Of a DNA stretch of 64,000 nucleotides, positions 9,200 to 19,528 are shown piece after piece. Every line of letters begins with the position of its first letter. Position 1 is the first letter of the stretch. Source of the stretch: a virus (Duplodnaviria > Caudoviricetes); IMG/VR virus record IMGVR_UViG_3300020046_005360; one strand, written 5' to 3'. A program made the position numbers and the translations under genes. The notes under the pieces are model-generated. The model was not told the origin of the DNA and did not search any database. It worked only from the letters and a program-made list of their open reading frames with translations.

Positions 9200-11113
9200 T
9201 TAGATTATTTGGTCTTCATTTAAGATATTATCCTCATTTAACATATTACTTTCTTCAAATAATTTAGTTTTACGGGGAGGAAATATATCTTTATTTTTGG
9301 CATACACAGAATATGTATTTTCTAATCTTAATTCACCTTTTTTAGTTGGAGGATTTAAACTATCTCCATCACTATTATCTTTTTTCATACCATACGAACC
9401 TGTACGATCTTTTCCTAACCCACTTTCTTGAGTGTTATAAGTTGAAGCGTGTTCTTTAGGTCTACCTAAAATAGCATCAGGTACTACGTCAGATTCAGGA
9501 TCATATCCTTTAGGTACACCACCACTTCCAGGATATCTATTTTTTGGTTGTAAAGAGGCTAAATGTGCTGGAGTTCCATATACTTCATTACTTTCATTCG
9601 GATCGTTCCCTTCACTTTCAATTTGAGATATTCTAAACTTACGTTTTTTATCTTCAATAATAAGATCTCTATATTCCTCATATTGATTTTGAGAAAAGTG
9701 GAAAATATTATCGTAAACCCAATCTGATGGTACTAAATTATTCTCAAGCAATGTAACAGCTAAATCTGCTTTTTCTTTAAGTAGTGCTGTTCTTTCTTGG
9801 TCATAAATTATAGAAGGAGTAGTTAAGGATAAGGTAAAATTAGTTAATGCTTCACCATCATATCCTTGGGCATATAAATGCACTAAAGCTATTTTAGTTA
9901 ATTCAGATACTAATATTTTTTGTATACGTTCTACTGTACGAGCAAATCTAATATCTTCTGCAGCAAGTGTACTTTTACCACTTAAATCTTTTTCATATCC
10001 AAAATAAGCTTTTGGAACTTTTAATGCAGCAAACAATTTATCTCTAAGGTAATTGATATCATCAATAGCCATATATTCAAGGCCTTTTGTAGTATCAATT
10101 TTAGTTGCAGTATCATTACCCCTTACCGGAATATAGAAATCTTCTAATATATTTTGTATATTATATTTTAAATTATATTCTCCCGTTTTAGGATCAACAT
10201 ATGGAGTTTTTTTCATCTTATTGATGGTTTTCTGCATATATTGTTCTACCTCATTAGGTGGGATATTACCAACATTTATAAAGAATGTTCTTTTTTCAGG
10301 AGCTCTAACTATTCTATGAATAAGCATAGCATCCTCCATCAATGTAAGTTGTTTAAATATTTTACGAGCAGGTTCAAGATAACTACGTCCATAAGGAAGA
10401 TAATTATAATCCGCTAATAGGCGGAAATGAGCCATCTCATAATTTTTGAACTCTTGTTTATCACCATTTAAATTATTATAAGCTTGATGACCATATGGAG
10501 ATTGTTGTGTGGCGTAAGTAGGATCATATACAAATTTTACTTCCATAGGATTTTCAGGGTTTTCACCTTCTAATCTTACTATAGTATATGATGAATATGG
10601 TATAACATTATATACACCATACTTTTCTGATATTTCTAATTTAAGATAAAAATCACCATATTTACACATATTTCTAGTCCACGACCATAAATTGAATTCT
10701 ATATTTAAAATATCATAAAATAGATTGTATAATATTTTTTGCATAGTTTCATCTGAACTACGTATTTGTAAAGTTTCTCCAAAATCATTTCGTAAAGATA
10801 CTTCATCTGATATTATATCCAGAGTAGAAGCTATAATAGAATCAGTATCCATAGCTTCATAATCAGTATATAACTGTACTCTTGTTGTTGGGACTTGATT
10901 TATACTATTATATTGGTTTCTTCCAGATGTAGTGTAAATTTTGTTATATCTATCGTGTTGGGAATTTGTAACTAATTCTCCTTGTTTTTGGACATCATTA
11001 ATATCCACAACTTTAAGTTGGTTACCTCCTGTATTGTGAAGTACTACATCTGTAGAGAATAATTTCTCTATTTTTTGAAAAAACGTCTTATTTTGTTTTG
11101 GAGTTTCTTCCAT
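9200..11113 (-). CDS. gp20: Portal protein, T4 gp20-like
   Basis: LMEDAMLIHRIVRAPEKRTF.I.VGN, EDFYIP.RG and LFAALKVP motifs. Confidence 0.93.
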   Translation of the reverse strand: MEETPKQNKTFFQKIEKLFSTDVVLHNTGGNQLKVVDINDVQKQGELVTNSQHDRYNKIYTTSGRNQYNSINQVPTTRVQLYTDYEAMDTDSIIASTLDIISDEVSLRNDFGETLQIRSSDETMQKILYNLFYDILNIEFNLWSWTRNMCKYGDFYLKLEISEKYGVYNVIPYSSYTIVRLEGENPENPMEVKFVYDPTYATQQSPYGHQAYNNLNGDKQEFKNYEMAHFRLLADYNYLPYGRSYLEPARKIFKQLTLMEDAMLIHRIVRAPEKRTFFINVGNIPPNEVEQYMQKTINKMKKTPYVDPKTGEYNLKYNIQNILEDFYIPVRGNDTATKIDTTKGLEYMAIDDINYLRDKLFAALKVPKAYFGYEKDLSGKSTLAAEDIRFARTVERIQKILVSELTKIALVHLYAQGYDGEALTNFTLSLTTPSIIYDQERTALLKEKADLAVTLLENNLVPSDWVYDNIFHFSQNQYEEYRDLIIEDKKRKFRISQIESEGNDPNESNEVYGTPAHLASLQPKNRYPGSGGVPKGYDPESDVVPDAILGRPKEHASTYNTQESGLGKDRTGSYGMKKDNSDGDSLNPPTKKGELRLENTYSVYAKNKDIFPPRKTKLFEESNMLNEDNILNEDQII

Positions 11114-11137
11114 ATTTATTTTATAATTTATTTAATT

Positions 11138-13918
11138 TTAGCCTAATAACCAGGTTAAGTCTTCTACACCCCCATGTCCATCTTGCATGCGATATGGATT
11201 TTGTTCATATGGATTATTATATACAGCAGGAGTAGCATAATTTACACTTGTGAAACCATTTAATACTGCTCTCGATAATTCTTCACTTTGTTTTTGATAC
11301 ATTAGTGTTGTTTCTCTCAAGAATAAAAATATTCCAATAGGTAAAACTAAGTCATCATTATGACCTTGTTGTGCTTGTGGTCTACCATTTTTATATATAA
11401 ATGTTCTAATCTCTTCTAATGCACGTTTTGAAAATATATCAACTGAATATTCGTTCATATACGAAATTAGTTTTGAGATGACAAGTGGTCTTGTCTTTTG
11501 GGTCATAGAAAATCCAGGAACCATACCTACATTACTATTATACTTAGATAAATATTGCTCCGAATCAATAGGGTTGTCTATTTTTGGAGAATAATATAAG
11601 TTTTTATATTCTTTGTCTATCATTCTACCTACAACGTCCCATCCTATACTTGCATTTTCGATAACACACAAAGCGTTATTCCATTCAACACAAGCTGCAT
11701 GTATAACATTAGCAAAATCTTTAGTAGGTAATTGAGATTTAAATTCAGCTACTTGACGACATAATTCTATATCAAAAACATGGAATGTAGAACTGTCTGC
11801 TCCATCTCCACGAGCAACATCGGCAATAAGTGCGTAAGATCGAGAATAATCAGGTATTTCAAATATCCAATATTCTCCATTTAACCCTCTACGTTCAAGA
11901 GGTTCTCGTGCTATATTTTTAGTATAATAATTTAATACATCAGTATCGATGACCGATTCACCACTCGTGATGAAATCTGCGTCACAATTATGTACTATAC
12001 CATACTCTGTTACATAAGTGTGTGTATTTTCAACTTCAAAATTATATACTTGTATTTTTTCTGATGAAGGATTTAATTGTAATATAGTTAATGGAATCCC
12101 ATTATCAATCATAAATTTAGTAGTCTTTCTATTATTAACTACTGTATTATAATTTTTTATTCTCTTACTAAATATTTTTTCATTCGAATCAATCTTAGTA
12201 TTACTATAAGTTAATATAGTACTATTTTTACATTGATATTCTTTTCCTAATATAATATTAGTACCTTCTTTTTTATTTATTGATATTGTTGTATTATATA
12301 ACCCCAACAAATTACTTATATATAAAGAATCATACACTAGTCTTTCAGATGTTAAACCTAATTTACAATTGTAATCAGATTTTAACATTCCATCTCCAAC
12401 CATTATACCATCAAGTATACCTTTTAGAGTTTCTTTATTACTATTTTCCCATACAAAAGAACTTATATGTTTATCTTGACAATATTTTCCTCCATCAATA
12501 CATAACTCTATGAATTTAAGAAATATTTGGTTTTTAACATATAAATTAGCTCCTTTATCTCGTTTACTAAGGTAATGAGAAAATATACTTATATTAAACT
12601 TTTTATTAATATAATTTTGTAATATTAAAGGCCATGAATGTTCTTCACTCTCTGTTTCTCCATTATACGAAAATGAAACTACATTATTCCAATAACTACC
12701 TTCAGATAAAAAACAACCTATAATAAAACCTAATTCATAATCAAATTCTATATGTCGATGTACGTAAGATTTTTTATTAATCCAAATTGATTCATCATTA
12801 GATTTTAGAGGAAAATATTGTGGATTATTAACTTTGATATAATCTAATAAATCTATTTTGGAAGGATTATCATACTGATTTATGTTAGTTGGAAATAACT
12901 GTATATATTGATTATGATCATATATACTTTCAACTGTAGTCCATTTATTAACAATGTTTAAGAAAGGATGATTACCTGTTGTATATTTTTGAATATTATT
13001 AATCCCATTTTTGATTTCATATAAATTGTTTTCCTCTATATGATTAAATGTTTTTAATACCTTATTAAAAGTTCCATCATGACTTAATACTATATCTCCT
13101 TCTTGGATGTCTTTAATATATTTAGGTCCTAATTTTGTATACACAATTGTATCTCCTGAGAAACATTCTTGTGCTGCATGTTTTACACCTAAATCTCTAT
13201 CTTGTTGGTCTCTCCAAGTTTGGTCTCGTTCTGGATGGACAGTCCAAGGAAGTAAAAGTGGAACAAAACTGTTTAATTTCTCTTGTGCTTTGGTAAATTC
13301 TTTATAAAACCAATTACCCGTTCCATTTGGTGATGATAATGCGATACAAGAACCCCCAGTAGCTAGGGTTTGTTGAGCACCAGTAAAGATTCTTTCAATA
13401 TTATCAATAAATGCGGCCTCATCTATTACAAGTAAAGTAACGGCTTCAGATCTTGATGCATTATCAGTTGCGGGTTTAGCTTGTATTTGAGAACCGTTTA
13501 CTAACTTAAGTAATAATTTATTATTCTCTGTATCTTTTAATCTTAACCAAGATGGAAGTTGATCGTATGAAAATCGTACTTTAGTAATTAAGTTTTTCGC
13601 TGTATCTTGCGTAGTAGCTAATACAAGAATATTCTTATCCTTATGGAATAACATTAACCAAAGTGAGAAAGCAGAAACTAGGGTTGATATACCTAGCTGC
13701 CTCGATTTATTAATTATACTCCACTCCCCCTTTTGAAAACGCCTTAATAGTGTTTCTTGGAATGGATATAGATTAAATAACATCCTACCTCGTTGTGGAT
13801 GTTGTATATAATAATATTTTTTACAGAAGTATACAGGGTCACTGGCACATTTATAAAATTCGTCTTTAACTAATTCCTTAAATGATTTTTGTGGTATTAT
13901 ATTTTCTTCTTGTGCCAT
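11138..13918 (-). CDS. gp17: Terminase large subunit (gp17-like) with intein
   Basis: KSRQLGIST, IDEAAF, SSPNG ATPase motifs; ADVARGDGAD and HNDDLV nuclease motifs. Confidence 0.95.
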   Translation of the reverse strand: MAQEENIIPQKSFKELVKDEFYKCASDPVYFCKKYYYIQHPQRGRMLFNLYPFQETLLRRFQKGEWSIINKSRQLGISTLVSAFSLWLMLFHKDKNILVLATTQDTAKNLITKVRFSYDQLPSWLRLKDTENNKLLLKLVNGSQIQAKPATDNASRSEAVTLLVIDEAAFIDNIERIFTGAQQTLATGGSCIALSSPNGTGNWFYKEFTKAQEKLNSFVPLLLPWTVHPERDQTWRDQQDRDLGVKHAAQECFSGDTIVYTKLGPKYIKDIQEGDIVLSHDGTFNKVLKTFNHIEENNLYEIKNGINNIQKYTTGNHPFLNIVNKWTTVESIYDHNQYIQLFPTNINQYDNPSKIDLLDYIKVNNPQYFPLKSNDESIWINKKSYVHRHIEFDYELGFIIGCFLSEGSYWNNVVSFSYNGETESEEHSWPLILQNYINKKFNISIFSHYLSKRDKGANLYVKNQIFLKFIELCIDGGKYCQDKHISSFVWENSNKETLKGILDGIMVGDGMLKSDYNCKLGLTSERLVYDSLYISNLLGLYNTTISINKKEGTNIILGKEYQCKNSTILTYSNTKIDSNEKIFSKRIKNYNTVVNNRKTTKFMIDNGIPLTILQLNPSSEKIQVYNFEVENTHTYVTEYGIVHNCDADFITSGESVIDTDVLNYYTKNIAREPLERRGLNGEYWIFEIPDYSRSYALIADVARGDGADSSTFHVFDIELCRQVAEFKSQLPTKDFANVIHAACVEWNNALCVIENASIGWDVVGRMIDKEYKNLYYSPKIDNPIDSEQYLSKYNSNVGMVPGFSMTQKTRPLVISKLISYMNEYSVDIFSKRALEEIRTFIYKNGRPQAQQGHNDDLVLPIGIFLFLRETTLMYQKQSEELSRAVLNGFTSVNYATPAVYNNPYEQNPYRMQDGHGGVEDLTWLLG
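11987..13165 (-). mobile_element. Intein (393 aa) with LAGLIDADG endonuclease in TerL
   Basis: Begins CFSGDT after ...AQE; ends VYNFEV...GIVHN followed by C(+1)DADF; internal FIIGCFLSEGS and GILDGIMVGDG. Confidence 0.93.
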
Positions 13919-14814
13919 TACTCTTTATATTTTTCTATTCTATAATTATTATATTTACCATCTATGGAATTAATACAACGTTTAATATTCCATTCACTAA
14001 TACCTAAACTTCTAATATCTTTTAAATTTTTGAATATATGTATATTATTTTCTATATAAACTTTATAACCACATTTTCTTTTTATCTTTGGTATATTATT
14101 GTTTTTATCATAAATATCATTAGCGTATGCAAATCTAAAATTTTTTATTTTTTGATATTTTCCAGTACAACAATCTCCAATTCCACTAGATCCTATACCT
14201 AACTCATTACTAGCTTCTGTAGTTGAGTTAAATTTTTTAATAAAATTCCAATCTAAATCAAATTGAATTACTTCATTACTAGATTTACCTGTTAATATAT
14301 AATCACATTCCAAAGGATCATTTGAATGTCTCCAAATAAAATCTCCACTAGTCTTATAAATTTTATTACAACAATTAGCTATATTACCTCTATCTATTTT
14401 TAATTTAATAGAAGCATCTAATATACTCTCCCATTCTTTAATAAAATTACCTTCTAAATCATATTGTAATACAGGTTTATTTCTTTTTCCAATATTATTT
14501 TCCTTTATAATATTTTTAGTTAATTCAGAATGAAATTCAGGACCGCTTCCACCTTTCTTTCTAACATTCATTATTTCAAATCCTAAAAATCTAAAATAAT
14601 TAATCCAAAATGTTTCTAGAGGTTCCCAGTCTTCACGACTTAGAGAGTTAACTTCATCTATGTAATCATAATTTATATTTTGACCATAAGTTTTCTTATG
14701 ATCATTTTTTCTTGAACCTTTTGTTTTACCTATATAAATTTTATTTGGATTACCAAAACAATTTGTAACTAGGTAAATTTTTGTAATTTGAGAGGAAGAT
14801 GTTATATTTATCAT
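13918..14814 (-). CDS. GIY-YIG-like homing endonuclease with NUMOD1 repeats
   Basis: KIYLVTNC...IYIGKT; repeated 'V.Q[YF]DL..NFIK.[WF].S...A' segments; paralogs at 32695..33413 and 41842..42576. Confidence 0.8.
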   Translation of the reverse strand: MINITSSSQITKIYLVTNCFGNPNKIYIGKTKGSRKNDHKKTYGQNINYDYIDEVNSLSREDWEPLETFWINYFRFLGFEIMNVRKKGGSGPEFHSELTKNIIKENNIGKRNKPVLQYDLEGNFIKEWESILDASIKLKIDRGNIANCCNKIYKTSGDFIWRHSNDPLECDYILTGKSSNEVIQFDLDWNFIKKFNSTTEASNELGIGSSGIGDCCTGKYQKIKNFRFAYANDIYDKNNNIPKIKRKCGYKVYIENNIHIFKNLKDIRSLGISEWNIKRCINSIDGKYNNYRIEKYKE

Positions 14815-14880
14815 CGTGATATTATTATTGTTAGCACGTATAAATATTACTTCCTTAAGCCTCTATTCAGAGGCTTTATT
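14815..14880 (-). promoter_or_regulatory. Conserved endonuclease upstream cassette (hairpin + GTAATATTTATA), copy 1
   Basis: AAGCCTCT-GAAT-AGAGGCTT..AAGTAATATTTATA; near-identical copies at 33414-33480 and 48813-48875. Confidence 0.8.
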
Positions 14881-14882
14881 TG

Positions 14883-14933
14883 TTTTACTAACTCTTTAAA
14901 CGATAAGGTGGGTTGATTTTGATTTTCTTCCAT
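14883..14933 (-). pseudogene. Orphaned 5' fragment of the terminase gene
   Basis: MEENQNQPTLSFKELVK versus TerL start MAQEENIIPQKSFKELVK. Confidence 0.8.
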
Positions 14934-14934
14934 A

Positions 14935-15339
14935 TTATAATTTTGTAATTAAAAATATAGAAATAGCTGTAGTAACTAAAGTGGTTGTAAACCAGAAAGT
15001 TTTTTTAATATTGGCTTGTTTAATTTGTTTTTTAAATAAAGACTCGTTACTTTTATATGCTTCTTTCTGAATAGAATCGTTTTTAATTATAAATTGATTA
15101 TTTTCATCTAATTTTTTATAACCAAATATTAAACTATCTTTTTCAGATAATTTATTTTCATATAAATCTATTTGAGAATAGAGGTATGTTTTTTCAGCCT
15201 CGCATTTATCTCCTTTTAATAAATCTTTATATATAAGTCTAACAGTATTAGTTGGGAACGACATTTTTGTCGTATCTACTTGTGACAGACTTGAAAAGCT
15301 TATCATAAGAATAGGTATCAACATCATTAATTTCTTCAT
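14935..15339 (-). CDS. Exported/membrane coiled-coil protein (spanin-like candidate)
   Basis: N-terminal signal peptide, coiled coil and C-terminal hydrophobic segment; overlaps the upstream gene by 92 nt. Confidence 0.45.
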   Translation of the reverse strand: MKKLMMLIPILMISFSSLSQVDTTKMSFPTNTVRLIYKDLLKGDKCEAEKTYLYSQIDLYENKLSEKDSLIFGYKKLDENNQFIIKNDSIQKEAYKSNESLFKKQIKQANIKKTFWFTTTLVTTAISIFLITKL

Positions 15340-15670
15340 TGAATTTTTTATTTAAGTTATACCATTTTTGAGTATTATCGTATAATTTATTATCTATAAC
15401 ATTAATATTACTTTCGAATGTACTAAACTTATTTCGTATATCCAAATTTGCTTTAGATATAGAATCGTTTTGTTTTTGTACGTATTCTATTTTGTTTTTA
15501 TTTTCTTCGAGTTGAGATTTAAAATCATTTTGTTTAATTAAACCATATATAATTACGAAAAATAAAAATATAATTATAGAACCGAATATTGCTCGTTCTT
15601 TTGAGAACCAAGAAACTCCCCCGTTAGGAGGAGTTATCTGTTTTTGTATGTCGTAAGGCATATTATCCAA
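15248..15670 (-). CDS. Membrane-anchored coiled-coil protein (i-spanin-like candidate)
   Basis: Single N-proximal TM segment (IFGSIIIFLFFVIIYGLI) then coiled coil. Confidence 0.45.
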   Translation of the reverse strand: MDNMPYDIQKQITPPNGGVSWFSKERAIFGSIIIFLFFVIIYGLIKQNDFKSQLEENKNKIEYVQKQNDSISKANLDIRNKFSTFESNINVIDNKLYDNTQKWYNLNKKFNEEINDVDTYSYDKLFKSVTSRYDKNVVPN

Positions 15671-16340
15671 TTATAGATGAAACTAGACTACGGATAGTAG
15701 GAACAGTTAATGCTTTTACTACTTTTGGTTTAGAAATGAATTGTTTTAAAGCACTCATATCAACAGATTTTGCTCTATCTCTTGGATCAAGGGCTTCAAT
15801 TTTATCTACTTTTTTAGTGATAATATTTTTAAAAGCATTTGCTTGTTCAATATTAGTATCTTGAGCACCTAATCCAGCACTAGCATTTTTAATATCACGT
15901 GCAGAAGGTTCTATTTCTAGTTCATCATCTTCTTCTGGAGTATTCCAAGCATCAATAATATCTTCTTCACCTTCATCCTCACCTTCTGGTTCAATAATTG
16001 AAGATAATTTTGCTGCAGCTCCTGTAGAAACTTCAGAATCTATATCTTGTTTAGCATCTGTACTACCACCAGGTTTTCTACCTCTAGATCCTACTTCTCT
16101 TTCACCTTTTTGTGCAGCGATAAATTTATTTAATTGATTATCATATAAATCTTCACCGTCTAAAGCATCTAATACTGAGGTATCTGCTCTGATTAGTTTT
16201 TTAAGTGGTAATCCATTAACTTCTGGATTGTCTGTTATTACTTTTTCAATAGCTGTTTTTAGGTCACCCTGAATTTTAGCCATTTCATCTAATTCTGTAT
16301 TTTCTTTTAATAGGAAGTTTCTTGAGCTTGCAATATCCAT
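15663..16340 (-). CDS. Hypothetical acidic protein, possibly virion-internal
   Basis: Leader ending FLLKE, LDE|MAK; upstream TATTTATA motifs. Confidence 0.5.
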   Translation of the reverse strand: MDIASSRNFLLKENTELDEMAKIQGDLKTAIEKVITDNPEVNGLPLKKLIRADTSVLDALDGEDLYDNQLNKFIAAQKGEREVGSRGRKPGGSTDAKQDIDSEVSTGAAAKLSSIIEPEGEDEGEEDIIDAWNTPEEDDELEIEPSARDIKNASAGLGAQDTNIEQANAFKNIITKKVDKIEALDPRDRAKSVDMSALKQFISKPKVVKALTVPTIRSLVSSIIG

Positions 16341-16415
16341 TTATTTGTTGTTTTTATTTGTTGTTTTAAGTATATAAATACTAAATTGTTAATTTAGTCT
16401 TGTTCGATATAAATA

Positions 16416-17036
16416 TTAAAGGTTGATTATTTCTAGCAATTGTTTAACTCTTCTTGGTTTGATATAATTAATTATAAGATCATAGTATTCTTTTTCCACA
16501 GGATGGCAATAACTAGCTGCTTTATTTCTATTATCTTCAGTAAATAAAGGTTGTAAGTTTCTTAAATCATTAATTAATATTAGAGGAGTATCTAATTTAA
16601 ACCATGTTATAGGGATTTTATGATCTATTTCAATAGTATTCCAATTCATATTTTCTATAAATAAGTTTTCTATATAATCCTTTATGATTTTATATTCTTC
16701 TTTACCATGACCATTTTGGAATCTATTTTTTAAATTATGAAATAAATTTCTTATTTTATATGAAGGATTATTTATTCTATATTTAATTTGAGCTTCTTTT
16801 ACTTTATCTGGGTTATCTTTGTTCCATTTTTTATTAACTTCTTTAAATCTTTCTAAATTATTACATTTCCAATTTTTATTTCTAATATGGAATGTTTCTT
16901 TATTATTATTATAATAATTCTTATCAATCTCCTTTTTACATAGTCTACAGACATATGATTTCCCATCAGGAGAAGAAGTTTTATTAGTAAAATTAATTAA
17001 TTCTTTATTTTCTTTACACTTATTACAATATTTCAT
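16416..17036 (-). CDS. HNH-type homing endonuclease-like protein
   Basis: CxxC/CxxC and 'IEIDHKIP...NLQPL...N' motifs. Confidence 0.7.
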   Translation of the reverse strand: MKYCNKCKENKELINFTNKTSSPDGKSYVCRLCKKEIDKNYYNNNKETFHIRNKNWKCNNLERFKEVNKKWNKDNPDKVKEAQIKYRINNPSYKIRNLFHNLKNRFQNGHGKEEYKIIKDYIENLFIENMNWNTIEIDHKIPITWFKLDTPLILINDLRNLQPLFTEDNRNKAASYCHPVEKEYYDLIINYIKPRRVKQLLEIINL

Positions 17037-17075
17037 TTATATATTAGTTATCGTTTAGTATAAATATATAAAGCT

Positions 17076-17612
17076 CTAACCCCATATAATATATTTTACA
17101 AAATCAACTCTTTCTTCAACAGTCATTCCATGTATCTCATGGTAGTTTTTAATTTTATATCGATATTTTGATATAAGACGAAGTATTTCAATATCGATAT
17201 CTTTTCTATATTGGGGGTCAATAGTCCTAACAGAATTGTCTTCAATTTCTATTCCATCAGGTGAAATATAAAATATATAATCGTATTCGGAAATGAAACG
17301 TTCGAAATAGCTTTCAAATGCATCTTTATCAATACTGTTTATAGATTGAGCTAAGTTTGTAAAAGACATAACATCAATTATACTACGATCAGTAATTAAA
17401 TTATCATACAATAATTCTGAAAGTCTCTCACTCCCAAATATTGATTGTCCAATAATAGTTGAATCTGTATTAAGAGGAATACCTAAATCCCTCAAGTACT
17501 TACTTCGTTCTGTTGCAATTTTATAGTCTTTAAATTGAGGTAATTTAGCTAAGGCATTTACTAAAGTTGTTTTGCCGCAGCTGACTGTAGAACATAGTGC
17601 TATTTTACTCAT
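17076..17612 (-). CDS. P-loop nucleotide kinase, NadR/AAA_28-like
   Basis: STVSCGKTT P-loop variant, TDRSIID, YDYIFY...EDNSVR. Confidence 0.7.
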   Translation of the reverse strand: MSKIALCSTVSCGKTTLVNALAKLPQFKDYKIATERSKYLRDLGIPLNTDSTIIGQSIFGSERLSELLYDNLITDRSIIDVMSFTNLAQSINSIDKDAFESYFERFISEYDYIFYISPDGIEIEDNSVRTIDPQYRKDIDIEILRLISKYRYKIKNYHEIHGMTVEERVDFVKYIIWG

Positions 17613-17613
17613 A

Positions 17614-17853
17614 TTAGTATGTTGGTGTATCTTTTAAACCTTGTTTACTTGGTGGTAAACCTATTCCATCTTTTTTAACTTCTAACCATGCATCTTTAGT
17701 ATATTGAATACCATATAAATAATATTCATCTTTACGTTTCATTTCTTTAGGGAAGACTAGTGCTGGACCTTCACTCGAATGAAGTTTTCCGTCAAATATT
17801 GTTCTTTTAATTCCATCTGGAGATGTAATTGTTCTTGTTTTATAATCGCTCAT
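17614..17853 (-). CDS. Small hypothetical protein
   Basis: GKLHSSEGPA...EYYLYG resembles the 'LHRxDGPA' repeat unit. Confidence 0.55.
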   Translation of the reverse strand: MSDYKTRTITSPDGIKRTIFDGKLHSSEGPALVFPKEMKRKDEYYLYGIQYTKDAWLEVKKDGIGLPPSKQGLKDTPTY

Positions 17854-17854
17854 T

Positions 17855-19276
17855 TTATTTATTATTTAGTATTGAATTTGCGTTGTATAAGCCATGTAAC
17901 GCAGAGATATAGATCCCGCGCGCTCCAGCTGCGTCACCCTGTAAGTGAATATTTGGATGTTGGGGCAATGATAAATCTTCTTTGTTTAGTAATATTTCGT
18001 TTGTTAAAAATTTAACTTCAGGGCAGTAGAAAATATAATTATCGTCTATTCCAAAAGTTTTATTTAAATCATCGATAAATTCTAATATATAATTAGCATA
18101 TTTTCCAAAACCCTCTTTAAATTCTTCTAATTGGATTCTATATCCAGGAACTGGGGTACCTTGGTCTGTAAGTGATGGTTTTCTTCCTTTAGGAGAATAA
18201 TAAGCTCCTTCTCCATGATGTTGGAAAAATTCTACAAGTTTTTTACTAAATTCAAATGGGTCTTCTATACCACGAGCTTCTAATAAAATACCAAAATTAG
18301 TTAAACCATTTTCTTTATCAGGGTCTTTATGAGCATGTCCATTAAACGACTTCATACCATAAGTTTCTTCTTCAGCAACAAAAGCAGCAAAATTATTTGT
18401 GCAAAATGAGCGAGCACTATCTTCACCAAATTTCTTATATAATTTAAAATCATAAGCTACTTTAGATAATTCTTCAAAATATTTACCATCAGTTTCATAT
18501 CTTACTCCAAATTGGGCAGGTTTAGGTACCGTAATTAGATTTTCTTTTTTAATTAAATAAGTAAGTAAATCCATACCTGACTTACCGGTTCCTATAATCA
18601 ATTTGTCGGTAAATATTTCATATCTTTCATGTTTATAACCATCTTCTATATACCAAATAAAAATACCATCTTCTTTTATAGAAATAGATTTAACTTCAGC
18701 ATTATAAATTTGATTAACTCCTACCTTATCAAAATATTCAAATATATTTTTAACTTGTTGTTGACCATAATCTGTACCTAAATGGTAACAAGGAGATTGT
18801 CTTAATTCAAATGGAGAATCTTTAATAAATTGAGGTTCTTCTACAGGCTCAGTATACATTATTTTAGAGGGGTCAGGATGATATTCAACTATATAATTAT
18901 ATAATTGTTTAGATAACTCAGTTGCATATTCTTCGTCTTCACAATAATGGGGATAGAATAAGCCCCCTTGTTTAAATGATGGTATAACTTTAAAATCTGA
19001 GAAGGTACCACACCCTCCTGCTCCTGACATAACTTCTTTTGGTTTTCTATTATATATAGAATTCCCCTTTTCAATAATAGTTATACATGAAGGGTCGTAT
19101 CCGTTCTTTAATAGATGTATAACACCATATTGTGTACTTACTCCAGCTCCAATAAAAACTAGTTTCTTTGTTTCTTTATTCATACTTATATTTCCAATTA
19201 AATCCGTTGAATTTTTTTTATTTTTCTTTATACTTATTTTTATTAAATCTCTACTTCCTATTATAGCGAGTTTCAT
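17855..19276 (-). CDS. FAD-dependent oxidoreductase (true start probably 19183, MNKETKK)
   Basis: VFIGAG...IIEKG Rossmann motif, GAGGCGTFSD, HLGTD, RSFCTN and GDAAG.RGI. Confidence 0.8.
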   Translation of the reverse strand: MKLAIIGSRDLIKISIKKNKKNSTDLIGNISMNKETKKLVFIGAGVSTQYGVIHLLKNGYDPSCITIIEKGNSIYNRKPKEVMSGAGGCGTFSDFKVIPSFKQGGLFYPHYCEDEEYATELSKQLYNYIVEYHPDPSKIMYTEPVEEPQFIKDSPFELRQSPCYHLGTDYGQQQVKNIFEYFDKVGVNQIYNAEVKSISIKEDGIFIWYIEDGYKHERYEIFTDKLIIGTGKSGMDLLTYLIKKENLITVPKPAQFGVRYETDGKYFEELSKVAYDFKLYKKFGEDSARSFCTNNFAAFVAEEETYGMKSFNGHAHKDPDKENGLTNFGILLEARGIEDPFEFSKKLVEFFQHHGEGAYYSPKGRKPSLTDQGTPVPGYRIQLEEFKEGFGKYANYILEFIDDLNKTFGIDDNYIFYCPEVKFLTNEILLNKEDLSLPQHPNIHLQGDAAGARGIYISALHGLYNANSILNNK

Positions 19277-19455
19277 TCTTTATCTTCATTCATGAATGAT
19301 AATAAGTCAGGAAACCACATTATTACATCTTTTAAGTACTGGATGTAATTACCTCGAACCAATTGATCGTATTCAAGACTACTATATCTCATTACTTCTA
19401 CTATCATAGTACCTATAAGTAAATAAACTGCGGAGACTATTAAAATTACGTTCAT
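19273..19455 (-). CDS. Small membrane protein
   Basis: Hydrophobic N-terminal helix; downstream of a CGTATATT promoter-like motif. Confidence 0.5.
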   Translation of the reverse strand: MNVILIVSAVYLLIGTMIVEVMRYSSLEYDQLVRGNYIQYLKDVIMWFPDLLSFMNEDKE

Positions 19456-19477
19456 TATTTAAGTTATTATATTATTT

Positions 19478-19523
19478 AATATACGAATATTTTTATGGGA
19501 AAACAAAGACCCTTTCGGGTCTT
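19478..19523 (-). promoter_or_regulatory. Hairpin followed by TCGTATATT putative early/host-polymerase promoter
   Basis: AAGACCC/GGGTCTT stem at 19506-19523; motif at 19478-19486; same arrangement near 33718, 40016 and 42789. Confidence 0.55.
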
Positions 19524-19528
19524 GTGAT

